From Candidatus Poribacteria bacterium (GTDB lineage Bacteria > Poribacteria > WGA-4E > WGA-3G): DNA of 49,893 bases. The notes below the pieces were generated by a model. The model made no database searches. It was not told the DNA's origin and worked only from the letters and a program-made list of their open reading frames with translations. Of this stretch, positions 18,438 to 27,433 are shown piece after piece. Position 1 is the first letter of the stretch. The number at the start of each line of letters is the position of its first letter. The DNA is taken from positions 1,383 through 51,275 of the forward strand of contig VXOP01000382.1 in NCBI GenBank assembly GCA_009839975.1. Direction: 5' to 3'. A program made the position numbers and the translations under genes.

Positions 18438-18547
18438 CTCGTCTCCTTTGGAAATAGATTATGTTTCATTATACCAAATTAGAGTGATTTATCATGTTTT
18501 ATAGGGGTGTGTAAAGTGAAAGGAAGTTGCGATCTTTTGCATCCATT

Positions 18548-18580
18548 GCAGGTTATCAATAATCTGAATAAATGCACAGT
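18548..18580 (-). repeat. Possible highly degenerate fourth copy of the type ISP gene 3' end
   Basis: GCAGGTTATCAATAATCTGA vs GCAGACCATCAATAATCCGA (27979-27998); encodes QIIDNL vs RIIDGL/CIIDNL/RIIDNM in the other copies. Confidence 0.4.
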
Positions 18581-18632
18581 CTGTTTGAATAAGCGGTGTA
18601 CTTTTTTAATATCCTTAAAAGCCATCACTTTC

Positions 18633-19835
18633 CTATAAGGATTCTGCTGCAAAGATTGTCAGGCATAATTCTTCGTTATGGAGTTCATAGAGAGGTGTTT
18701 TTCCACTCAATTCTTCGCTTTCGTTCAGAATGATGCCGACACCTTCACCACGTCCATCTAAAAAGTGTCTTCGCTTCACTTGATTTTCTACAACTTCATC
18801 TAAAGTAATTTCCGACAGTAGACGTGCTAAGAGTTCATTACGGGTTGCTTGACTATAGGGTAGTTTTTCTATTGTTACAGTATTTGCTAATGCACCTGGG
18901 GAATATAGTTCAAGACGATCAGCAAACATGAACAGACGTATTTTTGACTCGCCTTTAGAATAATCTCTGTGAACGACTGCGTTAACAATTGCTTCAAATA
19001 TTGCACGCATACTATATTGGGGTTGGTCTATCCTTCCAACTTCCTTACGTGCTGATACCTTATTGTGTTTTTGAACAAATTGGTATGCATCTATAATTTG
19101 TTGATCAAGTGGTCCTCTAAAATCTTTGGCATCAATCTGGTAATTGGCATCTTTTACTTTACTGCTATAATAGACAGCTTGAATAAAACTGTTGTAGAGA
19201 TAATCATCGGGTGTGTCGTGGCACATCAATACACCGGCAACAGAAGCACGAATCTCCCGACCTTCTTGAACGAGTAAAGTTCTTTTCAGGAGTAGGTCTT
19301 CTATATCTTCTTCAGATACATCTTCTTTGATGAATCGTCGATAGTGCGATTCTCTTAATGTGCCTTTATGGGTGTTTGGAACTAATTGTTCATCAAATCT
19401 GATAATTCTGGCTTGAGAACGTCTTTGCATTAACCGTGCCAACTGGTCGGGCGGCAATTCTATCTTACTACTTCCTCTTCGGGTAAAATATCCATTAGGA
19501 GATCTGTGAACAAAAAGACTTCTCGGCACCTCTGTTTTTAATATGTTTTTATCATCAATCCGCAATTTTTCTGTGAAAAAGTCAACAGCGGGTTTAATGC
19601 TATCTGTGCATATTTCAACAACCATTTTTTCTACTCTATCCAATTCCTGTTGTTCGAGTCCGACGATCTCTTTGTTGTCATCAATACCGATCAGTATTGT
19701 TCCTCCTTGGGCATTTGCAAACGCAGCTATCTCGTCTGCCAAACTGTCTCTGTGTGGCATCACTCTTTTGAACTCAATTGTTGTGTCTTCACCAAGTATA
19801 ATTTTCTCTATAAGTTCAGTTACACTATGAAACAT
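18633..19835 (-). CDS. Schlafen/AlbA_2 nuclease-like domain fused to HATPase_c_4 (RecG C-terminal-like) domain
   Basis: GEDTTIEFK, EIAAFAN..GG.ILIGIDD; EAIVNAVVHRDYS, RLELYSPG, RN.LLARLL, GEG. Starts 2 nt after the PHP-ATPase stop. Confidence 0.85.
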   Translation of the reverse strand: MFHSVTELIEKIILGEDTTIEFKRVMPHRDSLADEIAAFANAQGGTILIGIDDNKEIVGLEQQELDRVEKMVVEICTDSIKPAVDFFTEKLRIDDKNILKTEVPRSLFVHRSPNGYFTRRGSSKIELPPDQLARLMQRRSQARIIRFDEQLVPNTHKGTLRESHYRRFIKEDVSEEDIEDLLLKRTLLVQEGREIRASVAGVLMCHDTPDDYLYNSFIQAVYYSSKVKDANYQIDAKDFRGPLDQQIIDAYQFVQKHNKVSARKEVGRIDQPQYSMRAIFEAIVNAVVHRDYSKGESKIRLFMFADRLELYSPGALANTVTIEKLPYSQATRNELLARLLSEITLDEVVENQVKRRHFLDGRGEGVGIILNESEELSGKTPLYELHNEELCLTIFAAESL

Positions 19836-19837
19836 AA

Positions 19838-22474
19838 CTAATCTCCGAGATGAATACGCTTAAAACGCTGTTCAAATGCCTGTTCTCCACCTTCAAGAGT
19901 ATTACATATTGCGTCCCGGACTTTCTTTTCCTGTATATTGGAAGCTAGTCTTACCCGAGTTTCAGTACGCACGACATGAAGTGGAAAAACTATTTCTGCA
20001 TTGCCGTTAATCACAATGTTGGCATTGTGGGTCACAACGATGACCTGACGCTTGCTTTTCGTATTTCGTAACTGTTTGACGATCAAGTCGTAAATTAACT
20101 CGTTATCCAAATCGTCTTCGGGTTGATCTAATAGAAGTGGCTCATCACCGTAGGAGAGAATAAATGCCAATAGAGCAGCTGCTTTTTCTCCAGGTGATCC
20201 CAGTTTAATCGATTTGCGATTGGGACCATAGGTGATTTCCAGTTCATCTCCAGGTAACCACAACATTAAATCGATCAAAGATTCTGGTATCAACGACTGC
20301 AAATGATTAGCGAACCATTTTTGTTCAGCCTTTCTATCCCCATTACGAATTGCTATGATTGTTTCCTTAAGCTGATAAATCTTTTCGTTGTCCTCATGTT
20401 CATAGATTTCTTTTAAATTCTCAAAATCTCTATCAAAACGATTAGGACATTGCAATATACGTCGAATCTCTTTCTCAATATTGTCCCAAGTCTCTCCATA
20501 AGGCAAGATTTCTATATTAACGAATTGATTGCCTTGTAAAATAGAGGTTAAAAATTCTTGACGTTTTTCTGAGAGCATTTTTCTATTCTCTTTGATTTGC
20601 TCAAACACCTCTTGTTTTTCATCCTCTAACTTATGCAAACGCGACTTGAGATCATTAATTGAATCTAATTCTCTTTGTACGTTCTTTTGTTGTGTCAGTA
20701 GCAAAGGATATTTATCTGGATCTATACCTTGTTGTTCAAGTTCGGAACGCAATTGCTCATACTGTGCCATATCTGTCTTGAGTAATTGCATCCAATCTGC
20801 AGTATTTTTCTCAATTTGCCACTCAGTAATAACAGAACTCGCCTCTTGAGCCAATTTGCTGAATCGGTCATCAATAGATTGCCACTTTTTGTTTGTTGTT
20901 TCTATAGCCATCAAAATATCCGTGTGTTCGCTAAAATGCTGTGAATTAAAATCCGCTGGAGCAATAGTTCCCTGTGTCTCCAAAAGACGATCGCGCATAT
21001 CTTCCCATTTACGCACTAAACGTTCAAGTTCGTTTAACTGTTGCTGCCGATTACGGTAATTTTGCAGCACGTCTTTATGTCCCGATTTTTCGATCTGCTC
21101 AATCTGTCTTGTGAGATCATTCAACTCCCCACGCAACCTTCTTTCCTCAGCAATTTTATCATTCAACTCTCGTCTATTAATCTCAATATGTTTGTAACGA
21201 TTTTCCAAGTCTCTTTTCTGTGTTTTAATCCTCACAGCATCAACTTGCGGTGCTTCATCAATAATCTCAATCAGCGCACTTGGCTTCTTAGATAATTCAA
21301 AAATCTGCTTTTGACTATAAATACGAACTGGAAAAAGTGATCTAATCTCTCCATCACAAGATTTCCAAGTTCCATCATCTTTTTCCTCTTCTATAGAGGG
21401 ATAATCTGGATCTGGATTGTTGGACCAATTCAAGCGATATCGCACTTCATCTTTGCGATAGATTAAAAATATCTTACTTTCTTCAATCAGCAGGTTAGCA
21501 TTTCCTACTTCAAAGTACCTGCTACTATCGGATTTTAATGTATCTGGAAGATCTTTATCCCTCCGTAGAACCAAGCGCATGAATTCCAACAATGTTGACT
21601 TGCCAGTACCTCGTCCACCAATGATTGCATTGAAAAATGGACTGAATCGACAAGTCAGTGGTTTAGAACGTCCAATGTGCTTAGCATTGCAAACTTCCAA
21701 TTCATCTAAATAGAACTTTACACGTCGGTTCGGGTCAGAGTTTATGTCACGATTTACGGAAGCAGTGCCGTCTATCAGCGCAAGTTTTAGTCCTTCTATA
21801 GATGGTTTAGCCATTTTGATCCAAGTAAATGTACCAAAGTTTTCTTTCTTGAAATCGTGTACATCAGACCCAATGACTTCAGTCCATTGTAATTTTTCGT
21901 CAATATATAATTGGGGTTTTTGATAATTGCTATCACATAACTCCATTGCGTAAATATTTTGATTTTGCAATATCTGTTGCAATGATAATCCATTATCTTC
22001 AAACAATCCACTTTTTCCGTCAACATGTGCAGGAATAGGTATACCGCCATGTTCTGTAATTACATCAATGACATCGGTAAGACTTTTCTTTGTCACACCA
22101 TCGGTCTTTCCTTTTGTGCCATGATATTCAACTGCTCCGAGCAATCCATCAATATGTCCCTTGTCCTTATCGCTTCCAAAGATTGCTAATACATGGACAT
22201 TTCCACTTACTGAGATTTCTACACCTGGAAAGAGATATAGGGTCTTATACCAATCTGGAGGGTTATTCTTCAGTTCATTCAAAACGCTTTTTAATTCATC
22301 AATCCAGCCGCCACTGTTATGGTCGGTAATCGCAACACACTCAATTCCCTTATCCATAAATGCTTTCAACCATGATTCATGCGTTATATCTTCGTCTTTG
22401 TAATCCGAGGCAGGGGTGTGTGTATGAAAATCAAATTTCCACCACCGAGCTCCCGGAAATTGCAACTCATTCAT
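19838..22474 (-). CDS. PHP phosphoesterase + ABC/SMC-type ATPase (TrlF/Ppl-like defence protein)
   Basis: PHP: DFHTHTPAS, AITDHN, PGVEI, IPAH, GSDVH. ATPase: GGRGTGKST, YSQKQI, coiled coil, GSPGEK, LLLDQPEDDLD, VTHNAN. Confidence 0.88.
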   Translation of the reverse strand: MNELQFPGARWWKFDFHTHTPASDYKDEDITHESWLKAFMDKGIECVAITDHNSGGWIDELKSVLNELKNNPPDWYKTLYLFPGVEISVSGNVHVLAIFGSDKDKGHIDGLLGAVEYHGTKGKTDGVTKKSLTDVIDVITEHGGIPIPAHVDGKSGLFEDNGLSLQQILQNQNIYAMELCDSNYQKPQLYIDEKLQWTEVIGSDVHDFKKENFGTFTWIKMAKPSIEGLKLALIDGTASVNRDINSDPNRRVKFYLDELEVCNAKHIGRSKPLTCRFSPFFNAIIGGRGTGKSTLLEFMRLVLRRDKDLPDTLKSDSSRYFEVGNANLLIEESKIFLIYRKDEVRYRLNWSNNPDPDYPSIEEEKDDGTWKSCDGEIRSLFPVRIYSQKQIFELSKKPSALIEIIDEAPQVDAVRIKTQKRDLENRYKHIEINRRELNDKIAEERRLRGELNDLTRQIEQIEKSGHKDVLQNYRNRQQQLNELERLVRKWEDMRDRLLETQGTIAPADFNSQHFSEHTDILMAIETTNKKWQSIDDRFSKLAQEASSVITEWQIEKNTADWMQLLKTDMAQYEQLRSELEQQGIDPDKYPLLLTQQKNVQRELDSINDLKSRLHKLEDEKQEVFEQIKENRKMLSEKRQEFLTSILQGNQFVNIEILPYGETWDNIEKEIRRILQCPNRFDRDFENLKEIYEHEDNEKIYQLKETIIAIRNGDRKAEQKWFANHLQSLIPESLIDLMLWLPGDELEITYGPNRKSIKLGSPGEKAAALLAFILSYGDEPLLLDQPEDDLDNELIYDLIVKQLRNTKSKRQVIVVTHNANIVINGNAEIVFPLHVVRTETRVRLASNIQEKKVRDAICNTLEGGEQAFEQRFKRIHLGD

Positions 22475-22525
22475 AACAGATCACTCCTAATTCTGTGAAT
22501 TTGTGTTTCCCAAATCTATTATACC

Positions 22526-23152
22526 TCAATACAGAGGTGTTGGTTTCAAAAGTCGACTATTCTTCTCATAGATGTCTTGGATGCCGTGGTTGTCTTGGAT
22601 GCTTTTTGCCTCGTAGAGCGGGACACCTTGGTGTTTTTTCTGCAAGATGTCAGCAACACTATGTGCCCACTTCTCAACTTCTTCAGAAGTAGTAAGGGGT
22701 ATCCCAAGTGAGACGAAAGCAGGAACCTTACTGATATCTACTTCATGGATCAGATGTGCTATCAGAGGGTGTGGCTGATCCAAAGGCGGAGTTTCTTTAA
22801 AGGGTTGCGCATATCGTTGTCGTCCTCGGGCACCGCCAATTTCATAAGGTATCCAAGGTGATGTAAACGTTCCTGGTCCGATGATACCTAATAAAGCAGA
22901 AGATGCATCCAATCCCCGTTCAATACACAAAGCAGTTTTGATGTCATCATTTTGGGCTTGTGCGTGCTGCATACATTTATCGTCTTCATCTAACCAATAA
23001 TCAAGTCTGTCTACTTCCTTTAGTATTTCCACACATTTTCGTGCCATGAGTTTGTCACATATTGTGCGTCTGTAGGAAATGAACACAATTGATTCTGTGT
23101 CTGGTTCAAAACTGCGGACAGGACCAACTTCAAAAAAGTTCTTTATAGACAT
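22526..23152 (-). CDS. TIR-domain protein (TIR_2-like)
   Basis: VFISYR..., DYWLDEDD, I.RGL..S..LL.II...T..SPWIPYEIG with the catalytic Glu retained. Confidence 0.8.
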   Translation of the reverse strand: MSIKNFFEVGPVRSFEPDTESIVFISYRRTICDKLMARKCVEILKEVDRLDYWLDEDDKCMQHAQAQNDDIKTALCIERGLDASSALLGIIGPGTFTSPWIPYEIGGARGRQRYAQPFKETPPLDQPHPLIAHLIHEVDISKVPAFVSLGIPLTTSEEVEKWAHSVADILQKKHQGVPLYEAKSIQDNHGIQDIYEKNSRLLKPTPLY

Positions 23153-23266
23153 TGTCTTTCCTTTTCATCTGTCAAACGTTAATAGGGGACAATTACTTTC
23201 TAAGTTTTATATAAAATGAACAACGTCAATCTATACCATTTTATATTGCTAAAGAATTGATCTCCA

Positions 23267-23743
23267 TTATTCTATATCTTCTAAGTTGGTTAGATCTTCT
23301 ACGTCAGCAAGATCGGCAAGAGCTCGTGAGTATTTGCGTAATTCCACCTGAAGCAACTTAAGTTCTTCACGAAAAGCGTTGCATTCTGCCTCTTTCTCAA
23401 AATCACCGGCAATACTTTTTGGATGCCACTTGGCAGTAAATGGACGAACCACTTGGTTAAGAACTACGACTGCAATTTTCGTAAACTCAATGCAGTTTTG
23501 TCCTTGTTCTTTAAGGATTCTTCTCGTAGTTTTAAACAGCGAATAAATACTATCTAACGCTGTTTTCTCATCACCAGATTCGGTGGGCAATGCCTGTGTG
23601 GTAATTCTTGTAAGTAACTCAATATACAGTTTCCAAGCAGCTTCTCTGTCCCCTGGTTTGGGAGACCACTCTGCCTGTAAAATGCTTGCATTAATTTTCA
23701 GACTATCCAATCCCCATTGTTTCAACCAATTTTTTAAATTCAT
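23267..23743 (-). CDS. Uncharacterised helical protein translationally coupled to the TIR gene
   Basis: AAW.LYIELLTRITTQ.L...GDE..ALDSIYSLF..TR, LNQVVRPFTAKWH; ATGA overlap with the upstream TIR stop. Confidence 0.85.
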   Translation of the reverse strand: MNLKNWLKQWGLDSLKINASILQAEWSPKPGDREAAWKLYIELLTRITTQALPTESGDEKTALDSIYSLFKTTRRILKEQGQNCIEFTKIAVVVLNQVVRPFTAKWHPKSIAGDFEKEAECNAFREELKLLQVELRKYSRALADLADVEDLTNLEDIE

Positions 23744-24300
23744 TTAGACCACCTTTCGCCCGAACGGTTATTTTTAAACGAATCACGAGAATTGACGGGC
23801 AGTATCTCTGTGCTTCGCCTTCGTTGAAAAGCGTCATGTATCCAAGACTGAACGGTACGTGGATTTTCGCTCCAATTGTAAATTTTAGCATATCCACACT
23901 CAATATTATCGTGGAGTCTTGGAGGTATTGTGTGTATGTAATAGTTGTTAGGATAATCGGGTGGTCGCGGATATGTCGGCAATAAAATCCCTAAGAGACC
24001 AGAACGAGAACTGGCTTTTGTCTGCCGTATACTGGAGCCAATTTCCCAATCGACATATTTTCGTTGCCACGTATGGGCACCGATGAGAACAACTGTCACT
24101 GTGGAATCTTGCAGATAGTTCTCCCTTATGATTTGAAAAACCCGATCTGTTGAGAGTCTGGTATCATCAATGTCTCCTATTTCAACGGATTCTGAAACCA
24201 TGATATCATGGATGTCTGAAAACATGCGTTCAAACCAGTCCCGATAATATTGGTCTTCATCATGGTAATAGCTAACAAAAACTCGATGTCTGTTGTTCAT
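23740..24300 (-). CDS. ThsB-like TIR protein (MTH538/DUF1863 type)
   Basis: HRVFVSYYH..D, IR.NYL.DSTVTVVLIG..TW.RKYVDWEI.SS, GLLGILLP, IPPRL.DN. AGGAGG RBS supports the start at 24300 (MNNRH). Confidence 0.88.
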   Translation of the reverse strand: MNNRHRVFVSYYHDEDQYYRDWFERMFSDIHDIMVSESVEIGDIDDTRLSTDRVFQIIRENYLQDSTVTVVLIGAHTWQRKYVDWEIGSSIRQTKASSRSGLLGILLPTYPRPPDYPNNYYIHTIPPRLHDNIECGYAKIYNWSENPRTVQSWIHDAFQRRRSTEILPVNSRDSFKNNRSGERWSK

Positions 24301-24352
24301 TAGACGCCTCCTTTGTTGTTTATGTTTAAACACTTTAGTCTCTTAATATACA

Positions 24353-24540
24353 TTATCCATCCGCTATTTCAGCAGGCATATTGTCAATAATCCGCGCCGA
24401 TCCCACACTCATATAAACAATACGTTTAATTGCTGCAACCAAACCACGAGGGCAACAAACCAACCGTTCGGATCGTTGACAATACCGTTGTCCTTGTCTG
24501 TTTTTTATAGTCCCAAACAATTAACTATCCCAGAGCGGTG
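24353..24540 (-). pseudogene. Degenerate copy of the type ISP gene 3' end
   Basis: Encodes KTDKDNGIVNDPNGWF(frameshift)PRGLVAAIKRIVYMSVGSARIIDNMPAEIADG*, versus KTDKDSGIVNDPNGWFADPRDLVTAIKRIVYVSVESARIIDGLPAEITSD* in the intact gene. Confidence 0.92.
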
Positions 24541-24575
24541 GACATCTTCTGGGACAATCGAATTTAAATGTGTCA

Positions 24576-25511
24576 TCATATCTCGTAGCGATAGGTCATT
24601 TGTTTTTTCAGATGCCAAAAGAGTGCCCTCACACCGTCAACAGTGGTTTCAGCTTCCATGAGTTCGGGTAGGCTGTTTACTGTGAACTCAGGGTCATCCA
24701 TTGGTGTCGTGATATAGTGCATAACTTGTATGGGTGTCCAATATATGAAATCGCAGTAAATCTTATGTTCTATTTCATCAGAAAACCAACCACTTTGTCG
24801 CATTTCTACCAATTCAGCAAAATTACTCTGTATACCGAATTGCATCAGTGAGATGACGTGTAATTGTTGATTGCCATTGCGCGTTTGATCATATTGTGTT
24901 TGGTATTCGTAAACTTGATCAAGGAGTTCTTTGGCTTTTTGGTTCCAAGGGTGTTTATTGAGTAATAAACTAACAGGTTTACAAGTATACCAAAGACCTT
25001 CTAACGTTTGTTTTATATTGACGTGGTCGGGGGGTTGATTTTGAAAAAGTGATAATTGGTGGCTGTCGCTATCGTTCTGGATCGATATTAACAATTCTTG
25101 CCAGTGTTCACAATGTCTTGCAATGTTCTCCAATACTTTATCTTTGACTGATTCTTTCATTTCATGCACATCATAGTAATTTCCCCAGTCGCTACAGAAA
25201 TCATTGAAATCCATTAATGCAAAATGTAATATTTCAGATATCTCGTATCGTTTTTTCATCCATTCTAAGTGTGAAGACGGTTTGGGTAGATGTGTGAGTA
25301 TATGATATAGCATCACAAGGTTGCCTGTCTTTATTCCGTAATATCTCTCTTCTTTCTCTTCATTTTCAAGTTCGGTAAATGCTTCTTTTATTGTTTTGTT
25401 ACGCGATAATTTGTATGGATATAGCGTGAGAAGCGCATTTAGACGTTCTATCGGTTCGCGCAGTGCATCAAGTTCATTCTTAAGTTCTTTTTTCCATTCT
25501 TCTGGTGTCAT
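24576..25511 (-). CDS. Hypothetical alpha-helical protein with a two-fold internal repeat
   Basis: Long co-oriented ORF; AAGGAAG RBS favours the MTPEEW start; repeat LKNELDAL..LNALL.LYPY vs IKQTLEGL..VSLLL.KHPW. Confidence 0.7.
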   Translation of the reverse strand: MTPEEWKKELKNELDALREPIERLNALLTLYPYKLSRNKTIKEAFTELENEEKEERYYGIKTGNLVMLYHILTHLPKPSSHLEWMKKRYEISEILHFALMDFNDFCSDWGNYYDVHEMKESVKDKVLENIARHCEHWQELLISIQNDSDSHQLSLFQNQPPDHVNIKQTLEGLWYTCKPVSLLLNKHPWNQKAKELLDQVYEYQTQYDQTRNGNQQLHVISLMQFGIQSNFAELVEMRQSGWFSDEIEHKIYCDFIYWTPIQVMHYITTPMDDPEFTVNSLPELMEAETTVDGVRALFWHLKKQMTYRYEI

Positions 25512-25543
25512 ATCAACTTCCTTCATTATCTCTGTACCTATTC

Positions 25544-25636
25544 TTAGGTTCCAGTTGCCATTATCTCAGCAGAAAGGTTGTCTATTATACACGTAGATTC
25601 CACACTCACATAAACAATACGCTTAATAGCCGCAGT
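25544..25636 (-). pseudogene. Second copy of the type ISP gene 3' end
   Basis: Encodes TAAIKRIVYVSVESTCIIDNLSAEIMATGT*; 25595-25624 is identical over 30 bp to 28001-28030 (AGATTCCACACTCACATAAACAATACGCTT). Confidence 0.92.
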
Positions 25637-25715
25637 TATACACAAGAACTGTGTAAGATTGATTTTCAGCTATCCATATACATTCTGGTTTATCGCTATA
25701 AGTAATACTCTTTGA

Positions 25716-27200
25716 TTACAATCCACACAAAACTTTATGAATTTCAAGCATTGCTAGTGTATCCAGCTTGCAATATTCTTTTAGGTGTTCAATCATATCG
25801 CTTTGTTTACTTTCACTTGTTGTATTAATCATTAGATCCCAGAGAGCTTGTGCTTCCAGACCATCGTGTACAACATCCAGATTTTTGAATGACAACGAAG
25901 GCACTAAAACAGGGAGCACATCCTTGAGAGAATTGGAACCGCAAAAATCAGGATGCATATAATGGTTTTTAAATATGTCTAACTGATCCCAAAGCCTATT
26001 AATGATTGATTCAAGTTCAGAAGAGTATTCAGGAAAAGAGACAGTAAGTTCATTAAGTCTCAACCGTTCAAAAGTGGCATTAAAAACTACTACAGAACCA
26101 GAAGGTGAAATATGGTTAAACAAAGATTCTAACAGAGGTCTCCTTGGATCGGATGTATCGGTATGTAGATATTCGTAATGTGTAGCAGATCCATCCGATT
26201 TCAATACGTGGCAACTATACTGAAACGGAAAGTGTTGGCAAGGACGTACCTCCTCAAACCTTGGGATCGGCGGATTATCCGTTTCGAAATCAAAGAAGTG
26301 AACTGGATACTCTAAATCGGATAAAAGACGTTGCACTGCCGGAATATCAATTACTGGTTGTTCATCTATAACGCTATTGACGTAAGTCCGTTGTTTTTCA
26401 CTCAGGGCAAAATCGTCTGGGACATCCTCAAGACTAAAGATACCTCTTTCTATCAACTCGCCCTTTTTATTCCAACGAAGTCCTGGAATAGTAAAAATGG
26501 ATTTTTGGGGAACATCCATCCAACAATACGTCTCCTTAAAAGGACAAGTATAAGGCTTTTTACACTGATCTCCAATCAAAACCTGTGGTTCATCGTTGCC
26601 ATTGATTATGGTTTTGAATGTTTCGACATTGCTAGGAACATCGCCCATCAACTGATTGACCTGTTCCGTTGCATCCTCAATAATAAACAAATTACCCAAA
26701 TCTGGATAAACACACTCTTTACTATCTATGAGCATCAATTTTGTTTTGGAGATAGATAACCCGTGTCCAGCTAAGACGTACTTTTGGATAGCTAAGTCAT
26801 GTAAGTATTCTACCTTTACTATTCTTGAGTCCTTAACTGTTTGATTGACTGTTGATGCTTTTACTTCAATAATGTTCCACGAGTTTGAATCTTTTTGGAT
26901 AATATCACATCTGACCAGAACATCATTGAAAATGAAAGAAGCTTCGAAAATACAGGAATCGCCACGTTCTATTGCTTCTGCTGTTTGTTCTACAGAAACC
27001 AACGGGTCTATAGCATCAATCAGTACTCCATTAGTAAAGTGGTCACGAGCTAAAATCCCCACTTCTTTACTCTGATCAAATTTTCGTTTTTGCGATATAG
27101 AAGTATCTGCAGCCCTATTTGGGTGTTTCACTTCATTCCATAGGCGTTTATGACATTGTAGACCACTCAAGTACTTTGATTTCGTAAGATAATTTGCCAT
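25716..27200 (-). CDS. DUF2779-containing nuclease (Cas4/RecB-like PD-(D/E)XK + RNase H-fold domain)
   Basis: LTKSKY..GLQCHKRLW, FEA.F, RCDI, IEVKAS, DLAIQ.YVL, C.KPY.CPF...C; HFFDFET, PFQYS.H, FNATFE, DQLDIF, SLK.VLP, EYC.LDT. Confidence 0.85.
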   Translation of the reverse strand: MANYLTKSKYLSGLQCHKRLWNEVKHPNRAADTSISQKRKFDQSKEVGILARDHFTNGVLIDAIDPLVSVEQTAEAIERGDSCIFEASFIFNDVLVRCDIIQKDSNSWNIIEVKASTVNQTVKDSRIVKVEYLHDLAIQKYVLAGHGLSISKTKLMLIDSKECVYPDLGNLFIIEDATEQVNQLMGDVPSNVETFKTIINGNDEPQVLIGDQCKKPYTCPFKETYCWMDVPQKSIFTIPGLRWNKKGELIERGIFSLEDVPDDFALSEKQRTYVNSVIDEQPVIDIPAVQRLLSDLEYPVHFFDFETDNPPIPRFEEVRPCQHFPFQYSCHVLKSDGSATHYEYLHTDTSDPRRPLLESLFNHISPSGSVVVFNATFERLRLNELTVSFPEYSSELESIINRLWDQLDIFKNHYMHPDFCGSNSLKDVLPVLVPSLSFKNLDVVHDGLEAQALWDLMINTTSESKQSDMIEHLKEYCKLDTLAMLEIHKVLCGL

Positions 27201-27227
27201 TGTTATTCTCCTTCATTATTTTGCACA

Positions 27228-27433
27228 ATAAGTCGTTTTGGAATTGAGAAATTTGACATTTACTGTCAAAAGGGCATCGCTTCCTTATCTGGTAAGCATT
27301 TAGAACAATGAACATAGCGTCCTTAAAAAAATAAAGAATATCCTTGTTGTGAGAATCAGATTAGGCAATACCACTTATGTTTACTGGGTTAATACCGCTA
27401 TTTAGATATTTTCTCAAGTCCAAAACGACTTAT
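27228..27433. mobile_element. MITE-like element (family C), 206 bp, 24-bp terminal inverted repeats
   Basis: ATAAGTCGTTTTGGAATTGAGAAA (27228-27251) vs the reverse complement of 27410-27433, ATAAGTCGTTTTGGACTTGAGAAA (1 mismatch); no ORF inside. Confidence 0.8.

Noticed and set aside
22526-24300. Calling this a canonical Thoeris system
   Set aside because: No SIR2-SLOG, TM-Macro or caspase-like ThsA is recognisable in the window.
25716-27200. cas4 gene or CRISPR-Cas locus
   Set aside because: The Cas4-like cysteine pattern is part of a larger DUF2779 protein; there is no cas1/cas2 or array in the window.
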